Virus record (IMG/VR): IMGVR_UViG_3300020138_000100
Location: 1 to 28,308 of that record
Source of the DNA: a virus
Taxonomy: Duplodnaviria > Caudoviricetes
Direction: 5' to 3' (one strand)
Length of the DNA: 28,308 nt
The notes beneath the pieces are model-generated. The model saw nothing but the letters and a program-made list of their open reading frames with translations. It made no database searches and was not told the DNA's origin. This document shows positions 12,905-23,136 of this stretch, in pieces (within the stretch, counting starts at the first letter, position 1; every line of letters starts with the position of its first letter). The translations under genes were made by a program, and so were the position numbers.

Positions 12905-14902
12905 ATGACGAATCAAGATGAGAACATCGTCGGCAGAGCGCAACGCCTTGCCCAGGCGGAGAAATCCGCGTGGTCAGAAATATACGAAGCGGCACGAAAC
13001 GACCTCAACTTCCTGTCCGATGAGCAGGGCGCACAGTGGAACGAAAGAGATTATAAGGCGCGGGTGGAATCCGGCAGGCCTGCCCTGACGATCGATCAGC
13101 TGTCAAAGTTCACCCATCAGGTGGTTAACGACATCAAGCAGAACACGCCGACCATCAAGATCATCCCCCATTCCGGTGGCGCGGACATTGAGACGGCGGA
13201 TGTGATAGCTGGGCTTATAAAGGATATCGAATACAATAGCGGCGCGGACGAGGCTTACGATACGGCGGCGACTTTTGCCGTAAAGAGCAGCATCGGCTAT
13301 ATCCGCATCGATCACGATTACGCTGACGACGGATTTGAACAGGAGCTTCAGATCAAGCGCGCCATCAACCCGCAAGCCGTTTATCTTGACCACAGGTCAA
13401 TAGAGATAGACGGATCGGACGCCCTGCACGGTTTTGTATTCGAAAATATCAAGGTTTCCGAATTCAGAAAGAAATACCCCGAAAAAGACCCCTGCTCTTT
13501 TTGGGAAATTGAGCAAAAAGAAGATGTCACAGAAGAGAGCGAGATCACGATTGCGGAGTTTTTCGAGGTCGTTGATGAAAAAAGAAGAATAGGCCTGACG
13601 GAAGAGGGGGAGACGGAGAATTACGAGGAAGGAAAGCAGTATGTTTCCGAGCGCGAAACATCGGAACGTATCGTTAAAAGATACATGCTTTCCGGAAACG
13701 ACGTGCTGGATGAAACGACCTTCCCAGGTATTTATATCCCGATCATCCCCGTGTACGGGGAGGAATCTTGGGAGAACGGCAAGCGCAAACTGTTCAGCCT
13801 GATCCGCAAGGCGAAAGACGCGCAGCGGATGTACAACTTCTGGAAGTCGGTCGAGACCGAAATTCTGATGAACCAGCCCCGCGCGCCGATCATGGCGGCA
13901 GAAGGGCAGGTCGAGGAATACCGTGATGAGTGGCTGTCTCCCGATAAAAGCGCCGTCCTGCGGTACAGAAACGTTGATGTTGATGGAAAACCGGCGCCGC
14001 CGCCGCAGCGTCTTATGCCGCCGCAAACGCCCGTTGGTATCGTTAACGCATCCCGCATGGCGGTGGACGACATCAAGGCGACGATGGGCATGTTCGATGC
14101 CAGCATCGGACAACGCAGCAACGAGACATCCGGCATTGCGATCGCACAGCGCAAGGCCGAGGGCGATATCGCGACATACCACTACGGCGACAACCTTGTT
14201 AAGTCAATCACACACGTCGGCAGGATTCTCGTGTCGGCCATTCCTGTCGTTTACGACACGGCGCGGATCATCCGTATCGTCGGGGAAGAAGATGAAGTCA
14301 AGTCCGTCGGCATTAACGGCGAAAAGATGGAGGATCAGGAAAGATCGTTCGATCTTCGAAAAGGCAGATACAGCGTTCGCGTCATCACGGGCGCTCCTTT
14401 CACCACGCAAAGGCAGGAAGGCGCGCAATTCATGGCGGACATTATCATGCGCCAGCCGCAAATGTCGCAAGTGTTTGGAGACCTTCTGTTCAAGAACATG
14501 GACTTCCCGGGCGCGCAAGCGATCGCGGAGAGGGTAAAAAAGACCATACCGCCGCAGCTCTTGGACGAAAACGAAGGAGAAATCGCTCCTGATCCGGAAA
14601 AGCAGCAGATGCAGGCCATCATCGAGCAGGGACAGCAGCTCATCATGCAGATGCAGCAGCAAATGTCCGATCTTGAAAAACGCCTGAACGATAAAACCGC
14701 AGAGCTTCAGATCAAGGCGCGCTCGGAAGCGGAAAAAGCGCAGAACGAGCGCTTTAAAATCGAAACGGAAGCCACATTGCGGGCAAAAGAAATCGAAAAT
14801 GAAAGCCGTGAACTCGATCTTAAAGAGATCGAGCTTGCGCAGAGAAGCAGGGAATTAACGGCGCGCGCCGCGCAGCCGCAGGATACGGCACAGGCCGTTT
14901 AA
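12905..14902 (+). CDS. Portal protein, P22 gp1-like
   Basis: 665 aa after terL; GRPALTID, IPIIPVYG, KDAQRMYN, SGIAI motifs; C-terminal Q-rich coiled coil. Confidence 0.92.
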   Translation: MTNQDENIVGRAQRLAQAEKSAWSEIYEAARNDLNFLSDEQGAQWNERDYKARVESGRPALTIDQLSKFTHQVVNDIKQNTPTIKIIPHSGGADIETADVIAGLIKDIEYNSGADEAYDTAATFAVKSSIGYIRIDHDYADDGFEQELQIKRAINPQAVYLDHRSIEIDGSDALHGFVFENIKVSEFRKKYPEKDPCSFWEIEQKEDVTEESEITIAEFFEVVDEKRRIGLTEEGETENYEEGKQYVSERETSERIVKRYMLSGNDVLDETTFPGIYIPIIPVYGEESWENGKRKLFSLIRKAKDAQRMYNFWKSVETEILMNQPRAPIMAAEGQVEEYRDEWLSPDKSAVLRYRNVDVDGKPAPPPQRLMPPQTPVGIVNASRMAVDDIKATMGMFDASIGQRSNETSGIAIAQRKAEGDIATYHYGDNLVKSITHVGRILVSAIPVVYDTARIIRIVGEEDEVKSVGINGEKMEDQERSFDLRKGRYSVRVITGAPFTTQRQEGAQFMADIIMRQPQMSQVFGDLLFKNMDFPGAQAIAERVKKTIPPQLLDENEGEIAPDPEKQQMQAIIEQGQQLIMQMQQQMSDLEKRLNDKTAELQIKARSEAEKAQNERFKIETEATLRAKEIENESRELDLKEIELAQRSRELTARAAQPQDTAQAV

Positions 14903-14962
14903 AGATCGGTAAGAACCGATACGGCAGACAATCAGGTCGCCGTTTTTTCAATGGAGAAATAA

Positions 14963-15808
14963 ATGGATACCGAAACCGTCTTGGATACGGACGATACCGC
15001 CGTTGCCGATGCGCAACAGGCAAAAAGCGGCCATGGCCCGGAAGAGGAAAACGATCTTTCCACGCCCGATGGCGGGAACAGTCAGCAAGACATCTCCGAA
15101 GGCAAAAATCAGGACGAGGATTCGCCGTTTCCCAAGAAAGCGCAAAACCTCATTGCGAGGCGCGACAAGCAACTTGCGAAAGCACGCAAGGAAATCGCGC
15201 AAATGCGGGCAGAACTCACCCAGTTCATGCAAATGCAGAAATCATCTGCGGAAGCCCCGAAGGCTCCGACGGAAGATCAATTCGATAACTTTGGCGATTT
15301 TCTGAAAGCGCAGACCGAGTTTCTCGCTAACCAGAAAATCGCGGAAGCATTGTCAAAACAGAGCGGCCAGCAGCCTAAATTGACACATGAGCAGGCACAG
15401 TATGTCGAATGGCAAGATCAAAGATCTGCACATATCGGCAATCAAGCCGCTGACATGGTTCAGAAGGTCCCTGAGCTGAAAGAGCTTTACGAAGAAAACG
15501 CCGACATTATTGAAGCGTTTCCCCCTCAGCTTGAGCACATGTTCTTGAGCCTCGATAACGCACCGGCGGCGTTTTATGCGCTTGCCAAGGAAGGGAAGCT
15601 TGAATCGCTTCTCGCGATGTCTCCGTACATGGCTGCCGCTGAAATCAGGGATGCGCAAAGTCGCGGCCTTCAATACATCCAGCAAGCTCAAAACAAAAAG
15701 ACAAATGCTCCAAGACCTATGCAGCCCTCGAAAGGTTCGGGGGGTGCTTCCAAGCCTCTTCACCAGATGTCCCCGGACGAACTCGTGGACGTATGGCTCA
15801 ACAGTTAA
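14963..15808 (+). CDS. Scaffolding protein
   Basis: Acidic N-terminus, coiled coil, between portal and coat; GGAG SD. Confidence 0.8.
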   Translation: MDTETVLDTDDTAVADAQQAKSGHGPEEENDLSTPDGGNSQQDISEGKNQDEDSPFPKKAQNLIARRDKQLAKARKEIAQMRAELTQFMQMQKSSAEAPKAPTEDQFDNFGDFLKAQTEFLANQKIAEALSKQSGQQPKLTHEQAQYVEWQDQRSAHIGNQAADMVQKVPELKELYEENADIIEAFPPQLEHMFLSLDNAPAAFYALAKEGKLESLLAMSPYMAAAEIRDAQSRGLQYIQQAQNKKTNAPRPMQPSKGSGGASKPLHQMSPDELVDVWLNS

Positions 15809-15821
15809 GGAGTAACGATTC

Positions 15822-17063
15822 ATGCCGAATAACTTCAATACCATCAAGGACGCACCTGGTATTATTGCCAAGACGGCGGCCAAAATGTTTGCCGATGAAC
15901 TTCACTTCGGTAAATCCATCGCAAAAGCGGACGCAAAGGATTATGAGGGTAAAAACGGCTATTCCGCCGGCGATACCATCATGATTTCAAAACCTGCCCG
16001 ATTTGTCGCGCAGCGCGGTAACTACGATATCACGAATACCATTCAGGATACCGTGGAAGAGAAAGTTCCGCTCAAGCTGGATATCCTGTCCACGGTGCCG
16101 ATTGAGGGGGACTCTCTGGAATTTGCCAGCGAAATCCAGCTCAAGAACTATATCGAGCGCGTCATCAAGCCCGCCGTCAACACGGTCGCGCATGACGTGG
16201 AGCAGCAGCTTCTCGAGAAGGCAACGACGATGGTGTTCAACTCCGTCGGTGTTCCCGGTGCAACCGTGTTCGACACCGACCTCATCCTTTCCGCGCGCGA
16301 GAAAATGAACAAATTTCTCGCCCCGAAAGACGAGAGCAGGTACTTCCTGCACGACAGCGCCGCGGGCCGTTCCGCCGTGAATGCCCGTAAAGGCCTGTTT
16401 CAGTCCTCCGACGAAATCAAGAAGCAGTACAAGAAAGGCCTTGTCGGTATTGCCGACGGCTATCTGTGGCTTGAGTCCGAAATGTTGCAGCCGCACACCA
16501 ATGGCAATGACGTAACGGGCGTAGAGGTGGACGATACCGTAGCGGAGGGCGCGACGACCATCCATATCGACGGTCTGACCGCCAGCACAGGCACGGTAAC
16601 GGTAGGATCCGTCATTACGTTTGAGGGCGTGTATGCGGTTCATCCGATCACCAAACAAGCATATCCGTTCCTGCAACAGTTCACGGTCGTAACAGGCGGC
16701 ACGGCGGACGGAAATGGCGATCTGGACATCACAGTATCCCCTGCCATGTACACATCCGCATCCGGGGGACTGCAAAACGTCTCCGCATTGCCGGCCGATG
16801 GCGCGGATGTGGTGTTTGTTGGGGGTGCGGGGCAGACGAGCTTGCAGAACCTTGCCTTCCACAAGGATGCGTTCCGCATGGTCTCCGTGCCGCTTATCAT
16901 GCCGCAGAAAGCGGAATGGACGGTGCAGCAAACCTATAAAGGCTACACCATCGCCATCATCCGTGACTGGGATCAGATGAAACGCCGCATGGTAACGCGT
17001 CTCGACTTTTTGGGCGCGATTTCCGGCGTTCGTACCGAATGGGCATGCCGTCTGCAATCGTAA
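15822..17063 (+). CDS. Major capsid protein, P22 gp5-like
   Basis: GDTIMISKPARF; NLAFHKDAF; RLDFLG...EWACR; insertion domain; AAGGAG SD. Confidence 0.92.
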   Translation: MPNNFNTIKDAPGIIAKTAAKMFADELHFGKSIAKADAKDYEGKNGYSAGDTIMISKPARFVAQRGNYDITNTIQDTVEEKVPLKLDILSTVPIEGDSLEFASEIQLKNYIERVIKPAVNTVAHDVEQQLLEKATTMVFNSVGVPGATVFDTDLILSAREKMNKFLAPKDESRYFLHDSAAGRSAVNARKGLFQSSDEIKKQYKKGLVGIADGYLWLESEMLQPHTNGNDVTGVEVDDTVAEGATTIHIDGLTASTGTVTVGSVITFEGVYAVHPITKQAYPFLQQFTVVTGGTADGNGDLDITVSPAMYTSASGGLQNVSALPADGADVVFVGGAGQTSLQNLAFHKDAFRMVSVPLIMPQKAEWTVQQTYKGYTIAIIRDWDQMKRRMVTRLDFLGAISGVRTEWACRLQS

Positions 17064-17077
17064 GCCGAAACCTCATC

Positions 17078-17111
17078 GGGGGCGGGTAAAACCGCCCCCT
17101 TTCTCTTTTTT
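17078..17111 (+). terminator. Intrinsic terminator after capsid gene
   Basis: GGGGGCGG-GTAAAA-CCGCCCCC followed by a T-rich tract. Confidence 0.8.
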
Positions 17112-17125
17112 GAAAGGAAAAAGCC

Positions 17126-17449
17126 ATGTCAGTAGGCATTCTTAACGGCAACACCTACGGTTCGTACATCATCAAGGCAAGCCTGACGCCATCCGAAGTC
17201 GCAACCATTGCGGCGCCGGAACAAACGTTCAACGTGCCAGGGCTTCACCTGAACGATATTGTCCATGTCGCACCGCCGTCGAACGTTAACGGCGTTGCAT
17301 TGGTCGGAGCGCGTGTCAGTGCCGCGGATACGCTTGCGCTCAAGTTCGTCAATCCGACGGAAGCGGGCGTCACGCCGGCATCCGGGGAATACATCATCCA
17401 CGTCACGCGTCCCGAAAGCGGCGTTGCAAAGCAGCGCATCGGTGACTGA
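17126..17449 (+). CDS. Putative virion structural protein (decoration-like)
   Basis: Beta-rich, 107 aa (EQTFNVPGL...ARVSAADTL), directly after the coat gene. Confidence 0.7.
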   Translation: MSVGILNGNTYGSYIIKASLTPSEVATIAAPEQTFNVPGLHLNDIVHVAPPSNVNGVALVGARVSAADTLALKFVNPTEAGVTPASGEYIIHVTRPESGVAKQRIGD

Positions 17450-17742
17450 TGGTCGCGCATGTCAACACAAAGTCGGCCAGCATCTCCGTTTCAACATCCA
17501 GCGCCCGCACGGCATATCCTGCGGGCAACAGAAATGGCGTGACCGTCTATAACGCGGGAGCCGTTCCCGTATTCGTAAAATCGGGGAGCTCATCAGTTGT
17601 CGCAACGACGACGGATCAGTTCGTTCCGGCAGGATATTTCCGGACATTCGAGAAAAACCCGACCGATACCCATCTGGCGGCCATTGCGGCGTCGGATACG
17701 TCAACCGTTTATTTCAACGAAGAAGGTGCCCCATGGAATTGA
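17449..17742 (+). CDS. Putative virion structural protein
   Basis: Beta-rich, 97 aa; TGATG coupling. Confidence 0.7.
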   Translation: MVAHVNTKSASISVSTSSARTAYPAGNRNGVTVYNAGAVPVFVKSGSSSVVATTTDQFVPAGYFRTFEKNPTDTHLAAIAASDTSTVYFNEEGAPWN

Positions 17743-17969
17743 AAAAGGTAACGCTTACCCGCGGAGAAGAGGTCAAATACGTCAGCGCAAAGCATGTCGA
17801 TGCCTGCAAGGCGCTCGGCTGGAAGGTTGACGGCACGGAAGGCGGTGAAACGATCGAAGCGCTTGAGGTACTCCGCGTCAAAGCCGATGCGCTCGGTATT
17901 CAATATCACCCCCGCACGGGCGCGACGAAGCTTGCGGCATTAATCGAAGAAGCGGAGAACGTCGAATAA
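17733..17969 (+). CDS. Small protein with HeH/LEM-like C-terminus
   Basis: LRVKADALGIQYHPRTGATKLAALI pattern. Confidence 0.7.
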   Translation: MELKKVTLTRGEEVKYVSAKHVDACKALGWKVDGTEGGETIEALEVLRVKADALGIQYHPRTGATKLAALIEEAENVE

Positions 17970-18664
17970 TGACGACGGCTCGCCAGATCGTCAGACGCAG
18001 CCTGCAAAAGATCGGCGTCCTGACCAAAACAGAGCAACCGTCCGCAGATGAGGCGAACGACGGTCTGGCAGAGCTGAACGCCATGCTTTCGTCATGGGCG
18101 ACGGAGAGCCTTTTGATAACTTCGCGTCAGATCGAGACGTTTCCGCTCCAATCAGGTGTCGGGCAATATCTGATCGGGCAAGGGCAGATTTTTGACACGC
18201 AAAGGCCGAACGAGATTGTTTCTGCCGTCATTCGATGGGCAACGACGGATCATGACTTGAGCATCGTCACGGATGAGGTATTCGAGCGCTATATCCAGAG
18301 CAAGGCGACGCAAGGCCTGCCGAAGTTCCTGAATTACGATAATGCGTATCCATTCGGCACTATCAAACTGTGGCCCGTACCGTCGAGTGATTATGCGCTG
18401 CGCATCATGTCGGAAAAGACCATCGCTTCTTTTACGCTGGACGACGTCGTAAATCTCCCCCCCGGATGGGAGGATGCGCTTGTTTATAATCTTGGTATTC
18501 GCCAAGCACCGGAATACGGCGTTGACGTTTCCGATACGCATGCCCTGACGGCACGGGAGACGAAGGGCAATATTAAACGCGCTATTCTCAAGGCGCGCCC
18601 GATGGATGCTTTGCCGCAACAGCGGATATCCGCAGGCAACATCTACAGCGGATATAATACATGA
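17969..18664 (+). CDS. Head-to-tail adaptor, P22 gp4-like
   Basis: TARQIVRRSLQKIGV...DGLAELNAMLSSW...ALVYNL...APEYG. Confidence 0.8.
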   Translation: MTTARQIVRRSLQKIGVLTKTEQPSADEANDGLAELNAMLSSWATESLLITSRQIETFPLQSGVGQYLIGQGQIFDTQRPNEIVSAVIRWATTDHDLSIVTDEVFERYIQSKATQGLPKFLNYDNAYPFGTIKLWPVPSSDYALRIMSEKTIASFTLDDVVNLPPGWEDALVYNLGIRQAPEYGVDVSDTHALTARETKGNIKRAILKARPMDALPQQRISAGNIYSGYNT

Positions 18665-20061
18665 GGATCGGGCTTGTCGGCGGCTCATACCGCGAAAGAA
18701 GCCTTCCATTCGATGCGCAGCGCACCATAAACCTTTACCCCGTGCTCGATGAGCAGGGGAAGCAGGTATCCGCTCTTTATGGAACACCGGGGCTCAAGCA
18801 ATTCGCCGATCTTGGCGCCGGCCCCGTAAGAGGAGCATTTGCCGCGTCAAACGGGCGCGTATTCGCCGTTTCCGAAAATACCCTTTTTGAAATCTACAGG
18901 GACGGCACTTTCGATGCCCGCGGTACGCTGAACAGTTCTTCCGGCAACGTATCTCTTGATGAAAACGGCTTTCAAATCGGCATATGCGATGGCCGTGAAG
19001 TCTATATCTTCACGTTCAAGGATAATGATTTTTCGCAGCCTGACGATCCGCCGTATGTACGTGCCGCGTATATCACTTTTATCGACGGCTATTTTTTCGT
19101 CATAGATTACGACACTGGGAAATTCTTCACTTCGGCACTTTACGACGGCCTTTCATGGGATCCTTTGGACTTCGCCACGGCGGAAAGCAGCCCAGACAAG
19201 CTTCTCTGCGCGCGCAATGCCGTAGGGCAGGCATGGTTTTTCGGCGAGAAAACCACCGAGATATGGACGAATACAGGTGATTCCGCTTTCTCGTTTCAGC
19301 GCATTGCCGGCGCAAAGATGGAAGTCGGTATCCTCGCGCCGCTTTCCGCCGTCCCTTTGGATAATTCCATCTTTTGGGTGGGGCAGGACGAAAACGGACG
19401 CGGCATCGTTTATCGCGCAAACGGGTTTTCCCCGCAACGCATTTCGACTTCTCCCATCGAGCGCATCATTCAAGGCGCGCTGAATCCGGGCTCCATTTAC
19501 GGATACACCTATCAGCAGGACGGACATGTTTTTTACGTACTGTCCGGCGGATCGATGAAAACGACGCTGGTATATGACCTGACGACGGGAGAGTGGCACG
19601 AGCGGTCTCACCTGAACATATACGGCAAACATGAGCAACATCTCTCATCCTGCTGCGTATTCACCTTCGGTAAAACGCTGGTCGGCGACCGTAAGAGCGG
19701 AAAGATATACGAAATGTCGCAGGACTATTACGACGATGCGGGCAGGGAAATCCTGCGTGAGCGCGTTTATACGCATATCTCGGATGAAAACAAGCGGCTT
19801 CGCATGAACCGTCTGGAAATAGATTTTGAAACGGGCGTCGGTTTGCAGCACGGCGTCGGGGAAAACCCGATGGTCGAAATGTCGGTCAGCAAGGACGGCG
19901 CGAGAACGTGGTCCAACGCCTATAAAACCAGCATTGGCCGTGTGGGGCATTACCGGCAGAAAGTCGTTTTCCGCCGCCTCGGCATTGCGGAGCAGATCAC
20001 GTTCCGCATCCGGTTTGCCCACAAGGTCAAATGCGCAATCATGGGGTCTTATTTGTCATGA
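18661..20061 (+). CDS. Tail hub/DNA stabilisation protein, P22 gp10-like
   Basis: 466 aa, beta-rich; INLYP, TPGL, FATAESSPD, YQQDGH, SKDGARTW, RRLG motifs. Confidence 0.88.
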   Translation: MRIGLVGGSYRERSLPFDAQRTINLYPVLDEQGKQVSALYGTPGLKQFADLGAGPVRGAFAASNGRVFAVSENTLFEIYRDGTFDARGTLNSSSGNVSLDENGFQIGICDGREVYIFTFKDNDFSQPDDPPYVRAAYITFIDGYFFVIDYDTGKFFTSALYDGLSWDPLDFATAESSPDKLLCARNAVGQAWFFGEKTTEIWTNTGDSAFSFQRIAGAKMEVGILAPLSAVPLDNSIFWVGQDENGRGIVYRANGFSPQRISTSPIERIIQGALNPGSIYGYTYQQDGHVFYVLSGGSMKTTLVYDLTTGEWHERSHLNIYGKHEQHLSSCCVFTFGKTLVGDRKSGKIYEMSQDYYDDAGREILRERVYTHISDENKRLRMNRLEIDFETGVGLQHGVGENPMVEMSVSKDGARTWSNAYKTSIGRVGHYRQKVVFRRLGIAEQITFRIRFAHKVKCAIMGSYLS

Positions 20062-20489
20062 GCAAGGTACAGCCGCCGCCGATTTATGAGCCGATGGTGA
20101 ACGACCTCGGCATTGCCACGCTGGCATGGATTTTGTTCTTCAACCAGATGTTTTCCGGCGATACGGGGACGGACTGGATGCCACGCTTTCGCGAGCTGTA
20201 CGGCGTGGGAGATCCAGAAATCAAGGGGCGGTATTACAAGCTGTCCGCAAGTTTGAGCTATTTTCGCCTGACGATCATGCCGGGCGTGGAGACGAGCAGC
20301 ATTGCAGGGCAGACGTATATCGACAATTTTCCGCTGGATATTCAGGCGGACGGCGCATGCCTTGCCGTATCGGGACTGGCAGGGAGCAATGCGGGCATGA
20401 TTGTCGGCGCCAGCAAGCGCATCTATCCGCCTGGATGGAGCAACGTATCCGTGCCCGTCACCATCGTCGGTCTGGTGGAAGCCAAGTGA
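20058..20489 (+). CDS. Putative tail-associated structural protein
   Basis: ATGA-coupled to the gp10-like gene; start trimmed to MSKVQPPP. Confidence 0.7.
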   Translation: MSKVQPPPIYEPMVNDLGIATLAWILFFNQMFSGDTGTDWMPRFRELYGVGDPEIKGRYYKLSASLSYFRLTIMPGVETSSIAGQTYIDNFPLDIQADGACLAVSGLAGSNAGMIVGASKRIYPPGWSNVSVPVTIVGLVEAK

Positions 20490-20926
20490 TTTTCAAGACC
20501 GTACCGTTTCACGAAACGGCGGCATATATCGCGAAAAACATCAACCGCTTCTACGACGGCATGGCTGACGCCAATCCCTACGGCGCGCCGAATATCGACT
20601 GGAATTTCGCCTTTCAAGCCAGCGCGGCGGGCCAGCTCTGGTCTGTCGTGGCGGCGGACGATGACGGCATAGCGGGCATATCGATCTGGCAACTGACGGA
20701 GAACCCGCGCCACAAGCATATTCTGGAGGCTTCCTGCTTCGGTGTTTTCGTCGAACCCCGCAAACGCGGCAAGCTATCCATCACCCTCATGCAACGCGCA
20801 GAGGATGTCATGAAAGACATGGGTGCGCATGAAATCACCTACGTCGTTTCAAATCCCAAAATCGAAAAGATCCTGAGCCGGAGCGGATACGCGCCGTCCT
20901 ATCGGGTGTGGAGTAAGCGGATATGA
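20486..20926 (+). CDS. GNAT-fold acetyltransferase-like protein
   Basis: GTGA-coupled start; FVEPRKRGK...LMQRAEDVMKDMGA...ILSRSGY GNAT motifs. Confidence 0.75.
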   Translation: MIFKTVPFHETAAYIAKNINRFYDGMADANPYGAPNIDWNFAFQASAAGQLWSVVAADDDGIAGISIWQLTENPRHKHILEASCFGVFVEPRKRGKLSITLMQRAEDVMKDMGAHEITYVVSNPKIEKILSRSGYAPSYRVWSKRI

Positions 20927-22011
20927 GTAAATCTGTTAAGAAAATTGCGAGTGTTGCACTACCTATTGCTGGGGCTATGATCCCGGGTGTAAACGTAGCC
21001 CTTGGAGCTGGCTTGGGTGGAGGCTTGGGAAGCCTTATAAGCGGAGGCGGCCTTAAAGGCGCTTTGAAGCAAGGCCTGTTGTCCGGCGCAACGGCAGGCC
21101 TTCTCTCCCCGGGCGGCTTTACCGGCGCATTGAACAGCGCCGGATTCGGAAATGCCGCCTATAATATCGCAGAAGGCGGCGGCGGTCTCTTGGGATCGGT
21201 TGTCAGGGGGGCGGACATAATCGGCGGCGCATTGCGTAGCGGTATTGCAAAGATCGGCGCGGGCTCTCTTTTGCCCGGAACTTCATCAAATGCGGCGACA
21301 TCTTTCCTTCCCGATCCAACCGCAACCGCAGGTGCCGCAACCGCCGGCCGCAATGCGCTGGGCGGTGCGCTGAACAGCGTATTCAGCGGCATTCAGGGAA
21401 CGCAGGCCTACAAGGAAATGCAAAAGGCGCAAATGGCGGCAAACCGTCAGGCGCTTTCCAGCCTGACGCCCTATGCCGAAAGCGGCAATGCGGCAAACGA
21501 GCGCCTACGCCTTCTTCTGGGCCTTGGCGGGGACGCCTCCGATCCGTCCTTCGGGCAATTCGCAAGGCAATTCTCGATGGATGATTTCACGGCTGACCCC
21601 GGCTATCAATTCCGCCTCGAGCAGGGCGAAAACGCGCTGAACCGCTCTCTCGGCGCAAGAGGGCAGCTCTTCTCCGGCGCGGCGTTGAAAGCCGCACAGG
21701 AATACGGGCAAGGCATGGCCGACCAGACATATAACGATGCCTACATGCGCTGGTTGCAGCAGAACCAGAACCAGTATAACCAGCTCTCCGGCCTTTCTAC
21801 GGCGGGGCAAAATGCCGCAACGGGCATGGCTGATCTTTACGGCCAGCAGGGCGATATTGCGGCAAACAGCATCATGGGCAGAACCAACGTGCTGAACCAG
21901 GCAATGGCGAATGTCCTTGGAGCGCCATATTCCGCCATCCGCGGGGCGCAGACGGGGGCATACGACCCGAACGACCCGAACGACCCGAATAACCCCAACC
22001 GTCTGTATTAA
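20923..22011 (+). CDS. DNA ejection/internal virion protein (gp7-like)
   Basis: Gly/Ala-rich hydrophobic N-half; DPGYQFRLEQG...ARGQLFSGAALKA...YGQG motif. Confidence 0.8.
   Translation: MSKSVKKIASVALPIAGAMIPGVNVALGAGLGGGLGSLISGGGLKGALKQGLLSGATAGLLSPGGFTGALNSAGFGNAAYNIAEGGGGLLGSVVRGADIIGGALRSGIAKIGAGSLLPGTSSNAATSFLPDPTATAGAATAGRNALGGALNSVFSGIQGTQAYKEMQKAQMAANRQALSSLTPYAESGNAANERLRLLLGLGGDASDPSFGQFARQFSMDDFTADPGYQFRLEQGENALNRSLGARGQLFSGAALKAAQEYGQGMADQTYNDAYMRWLQQNQNQYNQLSGLSTAGQNAATGMADLYGQQGDIAANSIMGRTNVLNQAMANVLGAPYSAIRGAQTGAYDPNDPNDPNNPNRLY
21964..21999 (+). repeat. 9-bp coding repeat (DPN-DPN-DPN-NPN)
   Basis: GACCCGAAC GACCCGAAC GACCCGAAT AACCCCAAC. Confidence 0.85.
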
Positions 22012-22023
22012 GGAATCAGCGCC

Positions 22024-23136
22024 ATGGTTGATTTGAGCGTTTACAAAAAAGGCCAGATGAGAACATATCTCGACGAGCTTTACGATCGAGAGCAAGAAGC
22101 TTTCAACCGCCGCATGATGGAACGTCAGGTGACGGCGCGGGAGCAGTCGGCGCTTGGCGGGGGGGATGATCCAGCCGTTTTGAAAATTAATAACGCCATA
22201 GCGCAAGCTCTCAGCAACGGGGATTACGAGACCGCGAACAGGCTGGAACGCCTTGCAAAAACGCATGACCGGGGGATTGATTTCTACGGCGCACCGCCGA
22301 CGTTTTCGGAGATCATGGAAATGCCGCCGCAAGAGGCTATGCAGGTTCTCAGCGGCCAGCCTTCCAATGCTACGCAGCTTGGCCAATTCGGCAATCTGGA
22401 TGCCGCGCTGGAAGAAATGGGAACGCCGCAGCAGTATCAGAGCGCGCCGCCTGATTTGAATCAATTTCAAACCAGACGCCCGCAAGCGCGTGATGGATAT
22501 GCGGAGGCGATAGGGAAAATTTCATCGACGCAAAAAGGCATGGAGGAGCGGGCAAGGCTGAAACAGCAGCTTGAATTTGAACCCCAAATCGCGCGTGAAA
22601 AGGCGCGGCAAACAGAGCTTGGCAAGACCTACGGAGAGACGGAAGCCTCATTCGGAGAAGGCATGGCGCGCATTCCGCAGCTGCAAAATATGGTCGGACG
22701 GCTTAGCAATCTCGGCAATGCGGCGACCTATACGATGGCTGGCCGCGCTCGTGACACGTTTATGCGTGAAATGGGGATGGATGTTCCTGATTCCGCTGTT
22801 GCCCGCGCTGATTACATCACGATGGTCGATAACGAAATCCTGCCCTTACTTCGCCAGACCTTCGGCGCGCAGTTCACGGAAAACGAAGGGAAAACCCTGC
22901 GCGCCACGCTTGGCGATGCAAACGCCTCGCCGCGGGAAAAGGACGCCAGATTGCGCTCTTTCATCCGCACAAAGATGGAAGAGGTCAATACGAAAGCGAG
23001 ACAGATCGGGCAGCCTGAACCCTTTGAGCAGGAGGCAATTGACGCTTTCGTGTCGGGCATCGGCGCAGCATCTGGCGGCGGCCAACAGGCTCCGCAGCAA
23101 TCCGGCGGCGGCTGGCGTTATCTGGGGGCGGAATAA
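22024..23136 (+). CDS. DNA ejection/internal virion protein (gp20 position)
   Basis: Helical, Q/E/A-rich; GAQFTENEG motif; position. Confidence 0.72.
   Translation: MVDLSVYKKGQMRTYLDELYDREQEAFNRRMMERQVTAREQSALGGGDDPAVLKINNAIAQALSNGDYETANRLERLAKTHDRGIDFYGAPPTFSEIMEMPPQEAMQVLSGQPSNATQLGQFGNLDAALEEMGTPQQYQSAPPDLNQFQTRRPQARDGYAEAIGKISSTQKGMEERARLKQQLEFEPQIAREKARQTELGKTYGETEASFGEGMARIPQLQNMVGRLSNLGNAATYTMAGRARDTFMREMGMDVPDSAVARADYITMVDNEILPLLRQTFGAQFTENEGKTLRATLGDANASPREKDARLRSFIRTKMEEVNTKARQIGQPEPFEQEAIDAFVSGIGAASGGGQQAPQQSGGGWRYLGAE

Noticed and set aside
15987-17057. Long antisense ORFs opposite capsid, portal, ejection and other genes (also 13397-14182, 21505-22485, 24315-25166, 7077-7856)
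   Set aside because: Shadow frames of GC-rich coding genes, with no recognisable motifs or SD.
20126-20485. N-terminal extension of the GNAT ORF
   Set aside because: Overlaps gene 20058-20489 in another frame; GTG 20486 coupling gives a normal-sized GNAT.
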